Assembly: GCF_019968905.1 (NCBI RefSeq)
Contig: NZ_CP079946.1
Span: 5,601,356-5,665,355 of the forward strand
Direction of reading: 5' to 3'
DNA length: 64,000 nucleotides
DNA from: Corallococcus sp. EGB
GTDB taxonomy: Bacteria > Myxococcota > Myxococcia > Myxococcales > Myxococcaceae
The position numbers were made by a program, and so were the translations under genes. Under the pieces are notes generated by a model. That model saw nothing but the letters and a program-made list of their open reading frames with translations, had not been told where the DNA came from and did no database searches. Below are positions 37,568 through 47,287 of the stretch, in pieces (position 1 is the first letter of the stretch; the number at the start of each line of letters is the position of its first letter).

Positions 37568-40500
37568 TCACATCACGCGCGCGTCACGGGCCGGGGGCGG
37601 CGCGAACGCCGGGCTGGGTGGGGCCCGCAGGGTGGACTCGAAGCGGTCCATGCGCCGCAGCTCCGCGCGGGCCTCCACCTCCGTGAAGATGGCGCGCGCA
37701 CGGGCGAGGAAGGCCTCGCGCCGGTGCGGCAGGGCCACCGCCGCGTCGAAGTAGGCCACGCCCGTCTCCCAGCGGTTGGGGCTCCTCTCCAGGACGGCGA
37801 TGGCCTCCAGGAACACCGGCTCCGCGGCCTTCGGCCCCTTGCGCAGCGCCAGCGAGCGCGCCGTCACGCGCAGCGCCGGGCCCTTCAGGTACGGGTAGAG
37901 CCGGGCGATGAGGCGCGCCTTGATGCAGGACAGCCGGACGATCCTCGACAGCTTCCTGCGCGGCACCACCGTGGCGCCCTCCTCCAGCGCGAAGAGGGCC
38001 GCCTCCGCCGCGTCCACCAGCCCCACCTGGAGGAAGGGCACCATCACCTGGTAGCTCCAGATGCTCTTGAAGCAGCGCACCGCGACGAGCGCCGCCTCCT
38101 CCACCTGGTGCTCGCGCACCGTGACGTTGGCCAGGTGGTTGAGGCTGGCGCACTGGTTGGCCAGGTCCGCCACCTCCACGCTGATGCGCAGGCCCTGCTC
38201 CAGCTCCGCGCACAGTTCGCCCACGTCCCCTTCGCCCAGCAGGTAGCGGCACATGGGCGCCCACGAGTGCGCCCAGCCCTGGTGCATCAGCGCGTTGAGC
38301 TCCTCGCCAATGGCGCCCATCTGCTCGTAGAGCGCGACGGCGGCGCGGAAGCGCGAGTGGAGGAACTCGCCCGTGGCCTGCATCATCAGGGACGTCTGGC
38401 GCTCCCAGCGCTCGCCCACCTGGCGCAGCGTGGAGACGGCCTCCTCCTGGAACTCCCGCGCGCGCTGCAGCTCGTTGGCGAAGAAGGCCTGGATGCCCAG
38501 GCGGCTGAGCGCGAGCCCCTCCGCCACCGGGTCCTTGGAGCGCCGCGCGTACTCCAGCGCCTTCTCACAGTGGTAGCGCGCGCGCTTGAGCAGGCCCGCG
38601 CCGAACAGCAGCGTGCCGTAGTAGCCGCGCGCCAGGCTGATGGCGTAGTCGTTGCGCGAGCGCTCCGCCATGTTGGTGGACACCAGCGTCGCCCAGGTGA
38701 GCTTGGTGATGTCCGCGAAGTAGTAGATGCGGATGAGCGAGTTGAGCGTGGACAGCTGCTGCAGGTAGTTGCCCAGCCGCGCCGCCGGCAGCGGCCGCAG
38801 GATGAACGGCAGCAGCGACGCGAGCCCCCGCAGCAGCAGGTTCGCCAGCGTGCGCAGCCCCAGCGCGGGCAGGCTCCCCGGAAGGCTGCGCCCCCGCAGC
38901 ACCAGCGACTTCTCCAGGTGCTGCGTGGCGAGCGCGGACTCGCCCTTCTCCTGGTGCGCGCGGCCCAGCCCCAGGTGCAGCTCCGCCTGGCGCTGGACCT
39001 CCTCCTCGTCCACCAGGCACTGCTCGAACATCAGGATGGCGTTGGCGTAGTGGCCCGCCTGCAGCAGCGTCTCCGCCAGCTCCTGCATCACCCGGCGCGT
39101 CTGCAGCAGCGTCACCTCCGGGTCCACCGGGACGACGGTGCCCAGGAGCTCCAGGCCGCGGTTGTAGTGGTAGAGCGCGTCATCGTTCGCGTACTGCGCC
39201 CGCGCGCTGCGGGCCGCCATCAGCGTGTACTCCAGGCCCTTGTCCTCCACGTTGCCCGCGAGGAAGTGGAACGCGAGCAGCCCCGCGGAGCCCGCGAGGT
39301 TGTCGCTGGCGCGGACCTCCAGGTAGCGCGCGAGCCGGCGGTGCAGGTCCTCGCGCGCCGACACCAGCAGCGTGTTGTAGGCCACGTCGCGGATGACGAT
39401 GTGCTTGAAGAGGCAGGTGTACGGCTCCTCCGTCTCCAGGAGGATGAGGCCCAGGCGCTGGAGCGTGTCCATGGCCTCGCGCAGGACGCGGTGGCCCAGG
39501 GTGGGCACCAGCGCCGCCACGCCATCCAGCGTGAAGATGCGCCCGATGACGGACGCCACCTTCACCACCAGCTTCTCCGTCTCGCTGAGCAGGTCGATGC
39601 GCGACAGCACCACGTCCTGGATGGAGTCCGGGAGGAGGAGGTCCTGCAGGCCCCGCTTCAGCTCCATCCGCGAGGCGCCGGGCTCCACCGGCCCCAGGTA
39701 GCCCTGCTCCGCCAGCCCCTCCACGATGGATTCGATGAAGAACGGGTTGCCCTGCACCTTCGCGAGCAGCCGGTCCTCCAGCGCCACGTCCGGCGGCGAC
39801 AGGCGCAGGTGCACGCGCAAGAGCGCCCGCGTGTCCGCGTCGTCCAGGCTCACCAGGTCCACCGGACGGAACTCCGGCAGCTCGCGCAGGCCCTTGAGCT
39901 GCTCTCCCGGGCGCATCGTCGCCAGCACCATGATGCGGTGCGAGCCCACGCGCCCCGCCACGTACTGCAGCAGGTCCAGGGAGATGTAGTCCGCCCAGTG
40001 CAGGTCCTCGAAGAAGAGCAGCACCGGCTGCGAGCGGCTGAGCTTCTCCAGCAGCTGGAAGACGATCTGGAACACCTTCTGCTGCCTGCGCCGCGCGTCC
40101 ATCCGCGCCGTGGTGGACGTCTCCTCCAGGGACATGCCGAGGATGCCCGCGACCACGGGGATCCACTCCGGCCCCACGTCCTCCAGCCCGTCCAGCCCCT
40201 GGCGCAGGCGCGTCAGCTGCGCCTCGGTGTCATCCGAGTCGAGCAGCCCGAACGCCTGGAGGAGCACCTCCTTCCAGGGGAAGAACGGGGTGAAGGCCTC
40301 GTAGGAGTAGCAGACGCCGTACAGCGCCCGCGCGCCGCCCTCCTCCGCGTCCTCCAGCACGCGCGCGCCCAGGCGCGACTTGCCGATGCCCGCCTCTCCG
40401 GACACCATGCACACGCGGCCCTGGCCCGCGAAGGCCGCGTCGAGCGACTCGCGCAGCATGTCGAGCTCGCGGCCACGGCCGATGATGTCACCCCGGCCCT

Positions 40501-41860
40501 TGATGAAGAGGCTGCGGCGCGTCTCGCCCGAGAGCCGGTACACCGGCACCGAGCGCGAGACGCCCTTCAGCTTCGCGTCCTCCACGAACTCGGTGGCGAA
40601 GCCGCCCTGCTGTGATCTCGCCTGGGTGTGGGAGCACAGGTGCACGCCGCCCTGGCGTCCGCCGTGCGTCATCAGGCGCGCGGCGATGTTCACCACCTCG
40701 CCCAGCGCCGAGTACCCCTTGCGCGTGGGCGAGCCCATGTCCCCGCAGTAGGCGTGGCCGGTGGCGATGCCGATCTGCAGCTCATCCAGGAAGGGGAACT
40801 GCTCGCGGGCCTTGAGCAGCTTGCAGGCCAGCCGGCACGCCAGCACCTCCTTGTTCTGCTGGGCGGTGGGCGCGCCGAAGAGGACGTAGAGCACGTTGCC
40901 CTTGTCCGTGAAGTCCGTCATCAGCAGCACGCCGCCGTGGTGGGCGCTCTCGCGCTGGACGTATTCGTAATAGGCGTTGAGGTCGCGGGTGAAGGCGTCC
41001 GGATCCGCGTCCGCCCGCGCGTGCGTGAAGCGCACGAAGAAGCAGGTGACGTCGCGGAAGTCGCCCGCGAACTCCTGGTGCGCGGTGGTGATCTTCGTGA
41101 AGAGCACCGGGTGCAGGAGCAGCGCGCACCGGCCCACCAACTCCGCTCCGCCCGTGGGCGCGGGCAGCGGGCGCCTCACCGACTCCAGCCGCGCGTCCGC
41201 CGCCAGCCGGTGGTTGCCGCCCTCGCGGGGCTCGCCCCTGCGCACGGCCTCCGGCAGGGCCGCCCAGGCGCGGGGGCTCAGCACGACCTCCGACACGGCG
41301 GCCTGCTTCTCCGCGGCCACCGCCTGCGCCAGCGGCTCGCCCACGAGCGCCGGGTGCATCCACAGGCCGGTGGCGCCCATCACGATGCGCGTGGCCTCAC
41401 CGAACCCGATGCCGATGCGCGACGACACGCCGAAGCGCTGCCCCAACAGCTCCAGCCGGGCGAAGCGCGCGAGCCTGCGCTGCACGTGCAGCGCGCACAC
41501 CGCCGCGCGCTGCACCACGTCCGCGTCCGCCTCCTCGGGCTCGGCCTCGAAGCACGCGAGGATGGAGTCGCCGGCGAACTGGTAGATGTCCCCGCCGTGG
41601 TCTCGGACCACGTCGATCATCTCCGTGTAGTAGTTCGTCAGCAGGCGCTGGAGCGCGTCGATGCCGCGTGGCCCCGCGCCGCTCAGCCCCACCACGATGG
41701 GCGTGAAGCCCGCGATGTCCAGGAGCAGGATGGCGCCCCGCACGCCTTCGGTCCGAGGCAGCGCGTCCGCCTCGTGGCGCTGGAGCCGCGCGAGGATGGC
41801 CGCCGGCATGTAGGGCGCCAGCATCGCGACGGCGGGATCGATGGGCTGCGGGGAGGACAT
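37568..41860 (-). CDS. adenylate/guanylate cyclase domain protein with a central AAA/NB-ARC-like ATPase and C-terminal TPR array
   Basis: Two class-III cyclase-like domains (ILLLDIAGFT...; FFVRFTHARA...GDMGSPTR), Walker A GEAGIGKS, a long TPR/helical C-terminus; about 1430 aa. Confidence 0.8.
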   Translation of the reverse strand: MSSPQPIDPAVAMLAPYMPAAILARLQRHEADALPRTEGVRGAILLLDIAGFTPIVVGLSGAGPRGIDALQRLLTNYYTEMIDVVRDHGGDIYQFAGDSILACFEAEPEEADADVVQRAAVCALHVQRRLARFARLELLGQRFGVSSRIGIGFGEATRIVMGATGLWMHPALVGEPLAQAVAAEKQAAVSEVVLSPRAWAALPEAVRRGEPREGGNHRLAADARLESVRRPLPAPTGGAELVGRCALLLHPVLFTKITTAHQEFAGDFRDVTCFFVRFTHARADADPDAFTRDLNAYYEYVQRESAHHGGVLLMTDFTDKGNVLYVLFGAPTAQQNKEVLACRLACKLLKAREQFPFLDELQIGIATGHAYCGDMGSPTRKGYSALGEVVNIAARLMTHGGRQGGVHLCSHTQARSQQGGFATEFVEDAKLKGVSRSVPVYRLSGETRRSLFIKGRGDIIGRGRELDMLRESLDAAFAGQGRVCMVSGEAGIGKSRLGARVLEDAEEGGARALYGVCYSYEAFTPFFPWKEVLLQAFGLLDSDDTEAQLTRLRQGLDGLEDVGPEWIPVVAGILGMSLEETSTTARMDARRRQQKVFQIVFQLLEKLSRSQPVLLFFEDLHWADYISLDLLQYVAGRVGSHRIMVLATMRPGEQLKGLRELPEFRPVDLVSLDDADTRALLRVHLRLSPPDVALEDRLLAKVQGNPFFIESIVEGLAEQGYLGPVEPGASRMELKRGLQDLLLPDSIQDVVLSRIDLLSETEKLVVKVASVIGRIFTLDGVAALVPTLGHRVLREAMDTLQRLGLILLETEEPYTCLFKHIVIRDVAYNTLLVSAREDLHRRLARYLEVRASDNLAGSAGLLAFHFLAGNVEDKGLEYTLMAARSARAQYANDDALYHYNRGLELLGTVVPVDPEVTLLQTRRVMQELAETLLQAGHYANAILMFEQCLVDEEEVQRQAELHLGLGRAHQEKGESALATQHLEKSLVLRGRSLPGSLPALGLRTLANLLLRGLASLLPFILRPLPAARLGNYLQQLSTLNSLIRIYYFADITKLTWATLVSTNMAERSRNDYAISLARGYYGTLLFGAGLLKRARYHCEKALEYARRSKDPVAEGLALSRLGIQAFFANELQRAREFQEEAVSTLRQVGERWERQTSLMMQATGEFLHSRFRAAVALYEQMGAIGEELNALMHQGWAHSWAPMCRYLLGEGDVGELCAELEQGLRISVEVADLANQCASLNHLANVTVREHQVEEAALVAVRCFKSIWSYQVMVPFLQVGLVDAAEAALFALEEGATVVPRRKLSRIVRLSCIKARLIARLYPYLKGPALRVTARSLALRKGPKAAEPVFLEAIAVLERSPNRWETGVAYFDAAVALPHRREAFLARARAIFTEVEARAELRRMDRFESTLRAPPSPAFAPPPARDARVM

Positions 41861-41877
41861 CCTCGGGGGCTTTCCGC

Positions 41878-42279
41878 TCAGGCCAGGTTGGCGTAGCGCA
41901 GGTAGAGGGCGCCCAGGCACATGACGCCGTAGAGGGGGATCTCCGCCGTCTCCAGCCAGGGCTGCTGCTTCATCACCGCGCCCCAGATGTGCACCGCCGT
42001 CATGATGCCGCCAATGAGGCCGATGAGCTCGAAGATGACCAGGTGGCTCTTGGGGTCCGGGATGAACTGCACCACCGCGATGATGACGGACAGCGCCAGG
42101 CCGCCCAGGCAGCGCGCGAAGTAGACCGTCAGGTCATTGTTGCCCGTGGGCAGCTCCCACCCGAACCACCGCGCCCAGCGCAGCGGCATGAACATCAGCG
42201 GCAGCGCGTAGACGACCAGGAAGACCGAGGTGGAGACCGCGAGGAACCAGCTGGCCAGCGGATAGTCGGGGTTGATCAT
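41878..42279 (-). CDS. small membrane protein (about 133 aa, 4 TM)
   Basis: Sense-like C-terminal part of ORF 41878..42534 from MINPDYPLASWFLAVSTSVFLVVYALPLMF...; 17 bp upstream of the cyclase gene start. Confidence 0.45.
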   Translation of the reverse strand: MINPDYPLASWFLAVSTSVFLVVYALPLMFMPLRWARWFGWELPTGNNDLTVYFARCLGGLALSVIIAVVQFIPDPKSHLVIFELIGLIGGIMTAVHIWGAVMKQQPWLETAEIPLYGVMCLGALYLRYANLA

Positions 42280-42415
42280 GATGGCGGACGTGGCTGGGGC
42301 CGGGTGTGCTCCCCGCCGGGCGCGGCCCAACCCCACGCCGTCCATCCTAGAATCTTTTCCGACCCCGTGGGGTGCCTTCCCCCCTCCCCACCCGCGCCTC
42401 CAGCCCGCCCGCCGC

Positions 42416-42946
42416 CTAGCGCGTGGCGGCGAGGAGGAACTCGGCCACCCGCTCCAGGGAGGTGGTGCGCTCGGCCTCGGCCGGGAAGCGCCGGAACACC
42501 TCCGGTGGCCCGTGCAGGATGAGCGGCTTGCCATAGCGCAGCGCCAGGACGGCCTCCGCGACGGTGCCGGCCCCTCCGGGCAGCGCCACCAGCGCGTGCG
42601 GCGTCAGCACGTTGATGTGGTTGCGGCTCATGGGGTCCGTGCCCTGCTCCCCGCTGAGCGGCAGGTGCGTGTAGATGGGGATCTCGATGTCCGTGTTCGG
42701 GTAGCCGGGCCGGGGCTGGTAGCGGCCGTCCGCCCCCACGGTGCCGGGGATGATGCCGATGGCCGCCCCCCGCCGTCCCTCCACCTGCACGAAGGCCCCC
42801 GCCGCGGCGCTCATGACGCCGCCGCCCGCGCCGGTGAGCAGGTCGAAGCCGGCCTCGGCGATCCACCGCGCCAGGGGAACGACCCACTCCTCGTGTGTCG
42901 CCCTGCCGGAGCCGAACACTCCGATGATGCGGCGGTGTCTGCGCAT
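42416..42946 (-). CDS. LOG/TIGR00725 family Rossmann-fold protein (lysine-decarboxylase-like)
   Basis: GVFGSGR...GGGVM...PGGAGT motifs typical of TIGR00725/LOG proteins; 176 aa. Confidence 0.65.
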   Translation of the reverse strand: MRRHRRIIGVFGSGRATHEEWVVPLARWIAEAGFDLLTGAGGGVMSAAAGAFVQVEGRRGAAIGIIPGTVGADGRYQPRPGYPNTDIEIPIYTHLPLSGEQGTDPMSRNHINVLTPHALVALPGGAGTVAEAVLALRYGKPLILHGPPEVFRRFPAEAERTTSLERVAEFLLAATR

Positions 42947-43189
42947 GACTGCGTCCTCCACGAAAGACCGGAACTACGTGTGCCCCTGTTCCATGCGAAT
43001 GCCCGGCCAACGCGGCAAGGGATCACGAACCTCCGGGCGTCCCCGCTCCCGTCCACCCGTGGAAGGTGCGTGACGCGAGCGTCACCTGACCGTCGCTTCC
43101 CTCCGCCCGGGGCGCCAGACGCGGGCTGCACGACCCGTGATGTCGGACCCCTCCTCTACCTTCGGCACAACCAAGCGAGGAGGCCGCCC

Positions 43190-43414
43190 ATGTTGGACGC
43201 CTGTGGAGGTTGTGAGCGCCGTGGCACCGCCAGAGAGGTGTTCGACGGGGGCGAGCTGCGGGAGCTGCCGGACCCGCCCCCTCCCGAGCGCGACGCCCTG
43301 CCGGAGGACTTCGGGGGCCGCTGCTGCACGCATGCCCGCGCGGAGCCGTGCTCGTGCGCCTTCCACTGGGTCTGTGCCCGCCACGGCGACCTGCACGTCG
43401 GCACCCATGACTGA
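43190..43414 (+). CDS. small Cys-rich protein (74 aa), possible zinc-ribbon
   Basis: MLDACGGCERRG...GRCCTHARAEPCSCAFHWVCARHGD with 7 Cys; strong gaggagg SD 7 nt upstream. Confidence 0.4.
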   Translation: MLDACGGCERRGTAREVFDGGELRELPDPPPPERDALPEDFGGRCCTHARAEPCSCAFHWVCARHGDLHVGTHD

Positions 43415-43510
43415 AACGCGAGTGCGGCCGTTGACACATGGGCAGTCGGTCCACGACGTTTCCCACGACTCCGGGCACGGCTGCCCGCGAAGGAATCGGA
43501 GCACGACACC

Positions 43511-43903
43511 ATGGGGCTCGCCGAACGTCAGGAACTGGCCGCGTTCAAACAGGACACCCTCCCAGCGAAGCTGGCGGAGCTGAAGGAGGCCGCGCGCGGG
43601 GCGGACCTCCAGGTCACGCTCGACGAGGAGAGCTTCACCACGGTGGCCGCCATCCAATGGCTGTCCCATGGCATCTTCGACCGGCTCATCGACGACATGA
43701 GGCGCGTCTGCGGCGATGCCATTGGAAAGCAGGCCGTGCGGGAGGGGCTCCAGCGGGTCCACCTCGTTCACCAGGAGGCGCCGGGCTACACGCTGGAGCT
43801 GAAGGACGGCACCCTCACCGTCCGGGCGAAGCTGGACGGCTCCATTGGCGACGACCTGCCCGGCTACGGCACCTACAAGGACTTCTTGTACAAGAAGCTG
43901 TAG
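43511..43903 (+). CDS. hypothetical protein (130 aa)
   Basis: MGLAERQELAAFKQDTLPAKLAELKEAARG...; globular composition; SD ggag upstream. Confidence 0.45.
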   Translation: MGLAERQELAAFKQDTLPAKLAELKEAARGADLQVTLDEESFTTVAAIQWLSHGIFDRLIDDMRRVCGDAIGKQAVREGLQRVHLVHQEAPGYTLELKDGTLTVRAKLDGSIGDDLPGYGTYKDFLYKKL

Positions 43904-43974
43904 GCCGCATGCCTTCCGGGCAGGAGAGCCGCCCTGTCCCAGGGCGGCTCCCAACCCGTGTCATTCCGTCCGGC

Positions 43975-46900
43975 TCAGGGCACGTCCAGCGCGACGCCCT
44001 GGCCGGGCACGGCCATCACCCAGCGGACGACGTCCGGCTTGCCGCCGCAGGTGACGCGCACCTCGAACTCGCGCCCCGCGGGCATCTGGCTGGACAGCGG
44101 CGTCTGGCCCTCCAGCACCTGCGAGCCCAGTGACACGCGGCACCCCTGGGCGCCGGTGACGCTGAGCGTGCCCCGGGCATCCGCCTGGGGCGCGGCGTCC
44201 GCGAGCGTGCGCAGGTCGATGTGCTCTGACTTGGGCACCTTGCCGAAGCGGTGCAGCTTGCCGTCCACCGCGGTGGAGACGAGCCAGCCCGAGGGGTCCT
44301 CCGGCAGACCGGAGTTCGGATCCAGCAGGACGCCGGACAGGTAGACGCGCTCGCCCTCCTGGGCGTTGCGCACCTCCACACCGCCCTTGGGCAGGAGGAA
44401 CACCAGCGCGAGCCCCGCGAGCACCAGGCCCACACCGCCCACGATGAGCCCCTTGCGCTGACCGGGCGTGAGCCCCTTCCCGCCCGCCGTGGCGGCGGGG
44501 GCCTGGGCCGTGGACGCCACCGCGTGGACGGGGGCCGGCGGCGCGGCCACGGGCGCCACCGGAGGGCGCACGGGCGTCGCGATGGGGGTCACCGGCGGGA
44601 GCGGCGGAGCGGCCACGGGCTGCGGCGGAGCGGCCCCCGGCGGAGGATAGGCCGCGTGGGTGCCCGTCGGCGGCGGCGAAGGGGTCCCCGGCTGAGGCGC
44701 GGGAGGCGCCGCGTATTGCGCGTGGGTGCCGCCAGGCTGCACGGACATGGCCGCGGGGGGCGGCGGCGGAGGGGCCGAGGTCAGGGGCGCGACGGAGGGC
44801 ACCGACACCGACGGACGCTGCGGCGGAGGCCCCACGCGCGTGGGCACGTTGGCGGAGGCGGCCGGCCGCACGGCGGTGGGCGGCGGCAGCGACGACCCGG
44901 GCGCGGGCGCGGCCGGGCGCGAGGGACGCTGCGCGGGCGCGGCCACGGGCGGCGCGGCCGGGGGACGCGTGGGGTCGGCGACGGAGACGACCTCCGTGCC
45001 ACGGTCGGCGGGCTCCGGCGGAGCGGCCACCGGGGGCGGCTCCATCCGGGGCATGCTGCCGGAACCGCCACGCGCGGGCGGCCGGGACAGGTCCGACGGG
45101 GCCCGCATGTCGCTGCCCGAGCCCGAGCCCGTCCCCAGGTTGCGCGAGTGCGAGCCCGTCCCCGGCATCAGCGCACGGGGGTTGGAGCCCGTCCCCGAGC
45201 CGGAGATGGACGACGGCGCGTACTCGGTGAGCCGGTCGCCCAGCGCCTCCTTGAAGAACTGCGCCACCGACGCGGGCGACGAGGACAGCCGGTGGTGCGC
45301 GATGACGGCTTCAATCTCCTCGCGCATCGCCGCGGCGGAGGGCGTGCGCCGCGCCGGGTCCTTCACCAGCGCGCGCAGGATGAGGTCCGACACGTCCTGC
45401 GGAATGTGGGGCCGCAGCTGCGAGGGCACCGGCGCGGGCTCGCGCACGATGGCCGCGAGCGTCGCCGCGTCGTGGTCCCGGCGGAAGGGCAGCTGGCCGG
45501 TGAGCAGCTCGAAGAGCACCACGCCCAGCGCGAACACGTCGTTGCGCCAGTCCAGCGGGCGGCCGCTGGCGGCCTCCGGGGAGAGGTACGAAATCTTTCC
45601 CTTGATGACGCCCGCCTGCGTGTGCTCCTCGCCCTGCACCTTGGCGATGCCGAAGTCCGACAGCTTGATGGCGCCGTCCAGCGACACCAGCACGTTGTGG
45701 GGACTGACGTCGCGGTGCACCACCGGGTGCGCCGTGCCGGACGGGTCCACGTAGCTGTGCGCGTAATGCAGGCCCGCGGCCACCTCCGCCACGATGCGCA
45801 GCGCGTGCTCCAGCGGCAGCGCCATGCCCTTGCGGCGCAGCTCCGTGATGAGGCGCTTGAGGTCCGGGCCGCGCACGTACTCCATCAGGATGTACGCCAC
45901 GCCGTCCGTCACGCCCACGTCGAAGGTCTGGACGACGTTGGGGTGCGTGAGGCGCGCGTTGGCGCGGGCCTCCGCGAAGAGCATGTCGACGAACTCAGGA
46001 TTCTCCGCGAACTGCGCGAGAATCTTCTTCATCACCACGAACTTCTCGAAGCCCTTCACGCCCTGCTGCTTGGCGAGGAAGACCTCCGCCATGCCGCCCT
46101 GCCCCAGCCGGCGGATGATCTGCAGCCGCGCGCCGCCGCTGTGCGTGTCCGTGGGCGACGTGCCCCGGGCGCCGGGGTCCTGGTTGGTGGAGCCGAAGAG
46201 GTACTGGCTGAGCGCGCGCTGCTCCAGCGCCTCGATGTCGTCCAGCGGCTTGTCGGTGAGGGGCGTGCGCGCGAGCAGCCCCTGGAACTGCGCGAGCGCC
46301 GGGGCCCGGGCGGTGCCGCCGCAGACGGGGCACACGCGCTCCATGGTGCCCTTGGCGCGAAGGACCTCCAGGTACTCGGAGGTCTGGATGCGCTGGTGGG
46401 TGACCTGGCCGCAGTTGCGGCAGTCGCACGGCAGCCACAGCGTGGCCAGCTTCGCCGGGAGCGCCTTGGTGGACTTCGCCAGGACGCTCAGGAGCGGCGG
46501 CGGCACGCGGCAGAGGACCACCTGGGCGCCCTGGGACGCGACCTCCAGCACCTGTTCGATGCGCGGCAGCGCCTCCGGCTCCACCACGCTCACGTGGCAG
46601 CAGTCGAAGGCGACGCGCCCCTCCAGGCCGGACGCCAGCCGGCGCACGTTGAGGTCGCCCTTGAGCGTGCTGGCCAGGGTGATGAAGGTGATGTCGTCCT
46701 GGATGATCTTCAGGTGCGACGCGAGCTCGGACGGCTCTGACGGGATGCCCGAGCGCAGGTAGCGCAGCACCGCCGGGTCCACCGCGGAGAACTGCTGGCG
46801 GCGCGCGAAGTCGAAGAACTCCGTGGGCTCGTCCGCGAACTCCAGCGGCTGGGCGCACACCGGGCACTGGTGCGGCGGGGCTCCGCCCTGCTCCAGCACC

Positions 46901-47283
46901 TTCGCCTCCTCCACCAGGCGCACCAGCCGCAGCCGGTCCTCCTTGCAGAAGCGGCACGTGTACGGCGCCAGCATGGAGAGCACGCGCGCGACGCCCGCGA
47001 AGCCCTCCACCATGTTGAGCTGATCCACCACCACCGGCGGCGCGTTGACGACGTACAGCCCCGACACGCCCTGCGGCGGGTGGCCGGCGAACTCGATCCA
47101 CCGGCGCACGCCGAAGGAGCTGATGCGCTCCACCAGGCCCAGGTCCACCACCACCAGGCCCTGGAGGCCCTTGGAGGTGGACGTGAGGGGGAAGGTTTCG
47201 TCGATCACCCCGGCCACGCGCACGTGGGTCAGACTGCCCACGCGCAGGGAGGTGATGCTGGCATTGGAAGTTTGGCTCTCCAC
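43975..47283 (-). CDS. Ser/Thr protein kinase fused to two N-terminal STAS (anti-sigma-antagonist-like) domains and zinc ribbons; Pro-rich linker, one TM helix, C-terminal extracytoplasmic domain
   Basis: STAS-like SLRVGSLTHVRVAGVIDETF and a second copy; CxxC pairs (CRFCKED...CPVCAQ; CDCRNCGQ...CPVCGG); kinase motifs GQGGMAEVFLAK, HRDVSPHNVLV, DFGIAK; about 230 aa Pro/Ala-rich region; TM LIVGGVGLVLAGLALVFLL. Start taken as GTG (VESQTSNASITSL) after gagggtagg; the ORF's ATG at 47364 is also possible. Confidence 0.75.
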   Translation of the reverse strand: MESQTSNASITSLRVGSLTHVRVAGVIDETFPLTSTSKGLQGLVVVDLGLVERISSFGVRRWIEFAGHPPQGVSGLYVVNAPPVVVDQLNMVEGFAGVARVLSMLAPYTCRFCKEDRLRLVRLVEEAKVLEQGGAPPHQCPVCAQPLEFADEPTEFFDFARRQQFSAVDPAVLRYLRSGIPSEPSELASHLKIIQDDITFITLASTLKGDLNVRRLASGLEGRVAFDCCHVSVVEPEALPRIEQVLEVASQGAQVVLCRVPPPLLSVLAKSTKALPAKLATLWLPCDCRNCGQVTHQRIQTSEYLEVLRAKGTMERVCPVCGGTARAPALAQFQGLLARTPLTDKPLDDIEALEQRALSQYLFGSTNQDPGARGTSPTDTHSGGARLQIIRRLGQGGMAEVFLAKQQGVKGFEKFVVMKKILAQFAENPEFVDMLFAEARANARLTHPNVVQTFDVGVTDGVAYILMEYVRGPDLKRLITELRRKGMALPLEHALRIVAEVAAGLHYAHSYVDPSGTAHPVVHRDVSPHNVLVSLDGAIKLSDFGIAKVQGEEHTQAGVIKGKISYLSPEAASGRPLDWRNDVFALGVVLFELLTGQLPFRRDHDAATLAAIVREPAPVPSQLRPHIPQDVSDLILRALVKDPARRTPSAAAMREEIEAVIAHHRLSSSPASVAQFFKEALGDRLTEYAPSSISGSGTGSNPRALMPGTGSHSRNLGTGSGSGSDMRAPSDLSRPPARGGSGSMPRMEPPPVAAPPEPADRGTEVVSVADPTRPPAAPPVAAPAQRPSRPAAPAPGSSLPPPTAVRPAASANVPTRVGPPPQRPSVSVPSVAPLTSAPPPPPPAAMSVQPGGTHAQYAAPPAPQPGTPSPPPTGTHAAYPPPGAAPPQPVAAPPLPPVTPIATPVRPPVAPVAAPPAPVHAVASTAQAPAATAGGKGLTPGQRKGLIVGGVGLVLAGLALVFLLPKGGVEVRNAQEGERVYLSGVLLDPNSGLPEDPSGWLVSTAVDGKLHRFGKVPKSEHIDLRTLADAAPQADARGTLSVTGAQGCRVSLGSQVLEGQTPLSSQMPAGREFEVRVTCGGKPDVVRWVMAVPGQGVALDVP

Positions 47284-47287
47284 CCGC

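Noticed and set aside
33461-41896. + ORFs 33461..35077, 37547..40615, 40628..41896
   Set aside because: Antisense shadows of the 12-TM membrane protein and the cyclase-AAA-TPR gene.
43082-43954. Minus ORF of 290 aa overlapping the two small + genes
   Set aside because: Low-complexity antisense-type translation; the + strand ORFs have proper SD sequences and globular composition.
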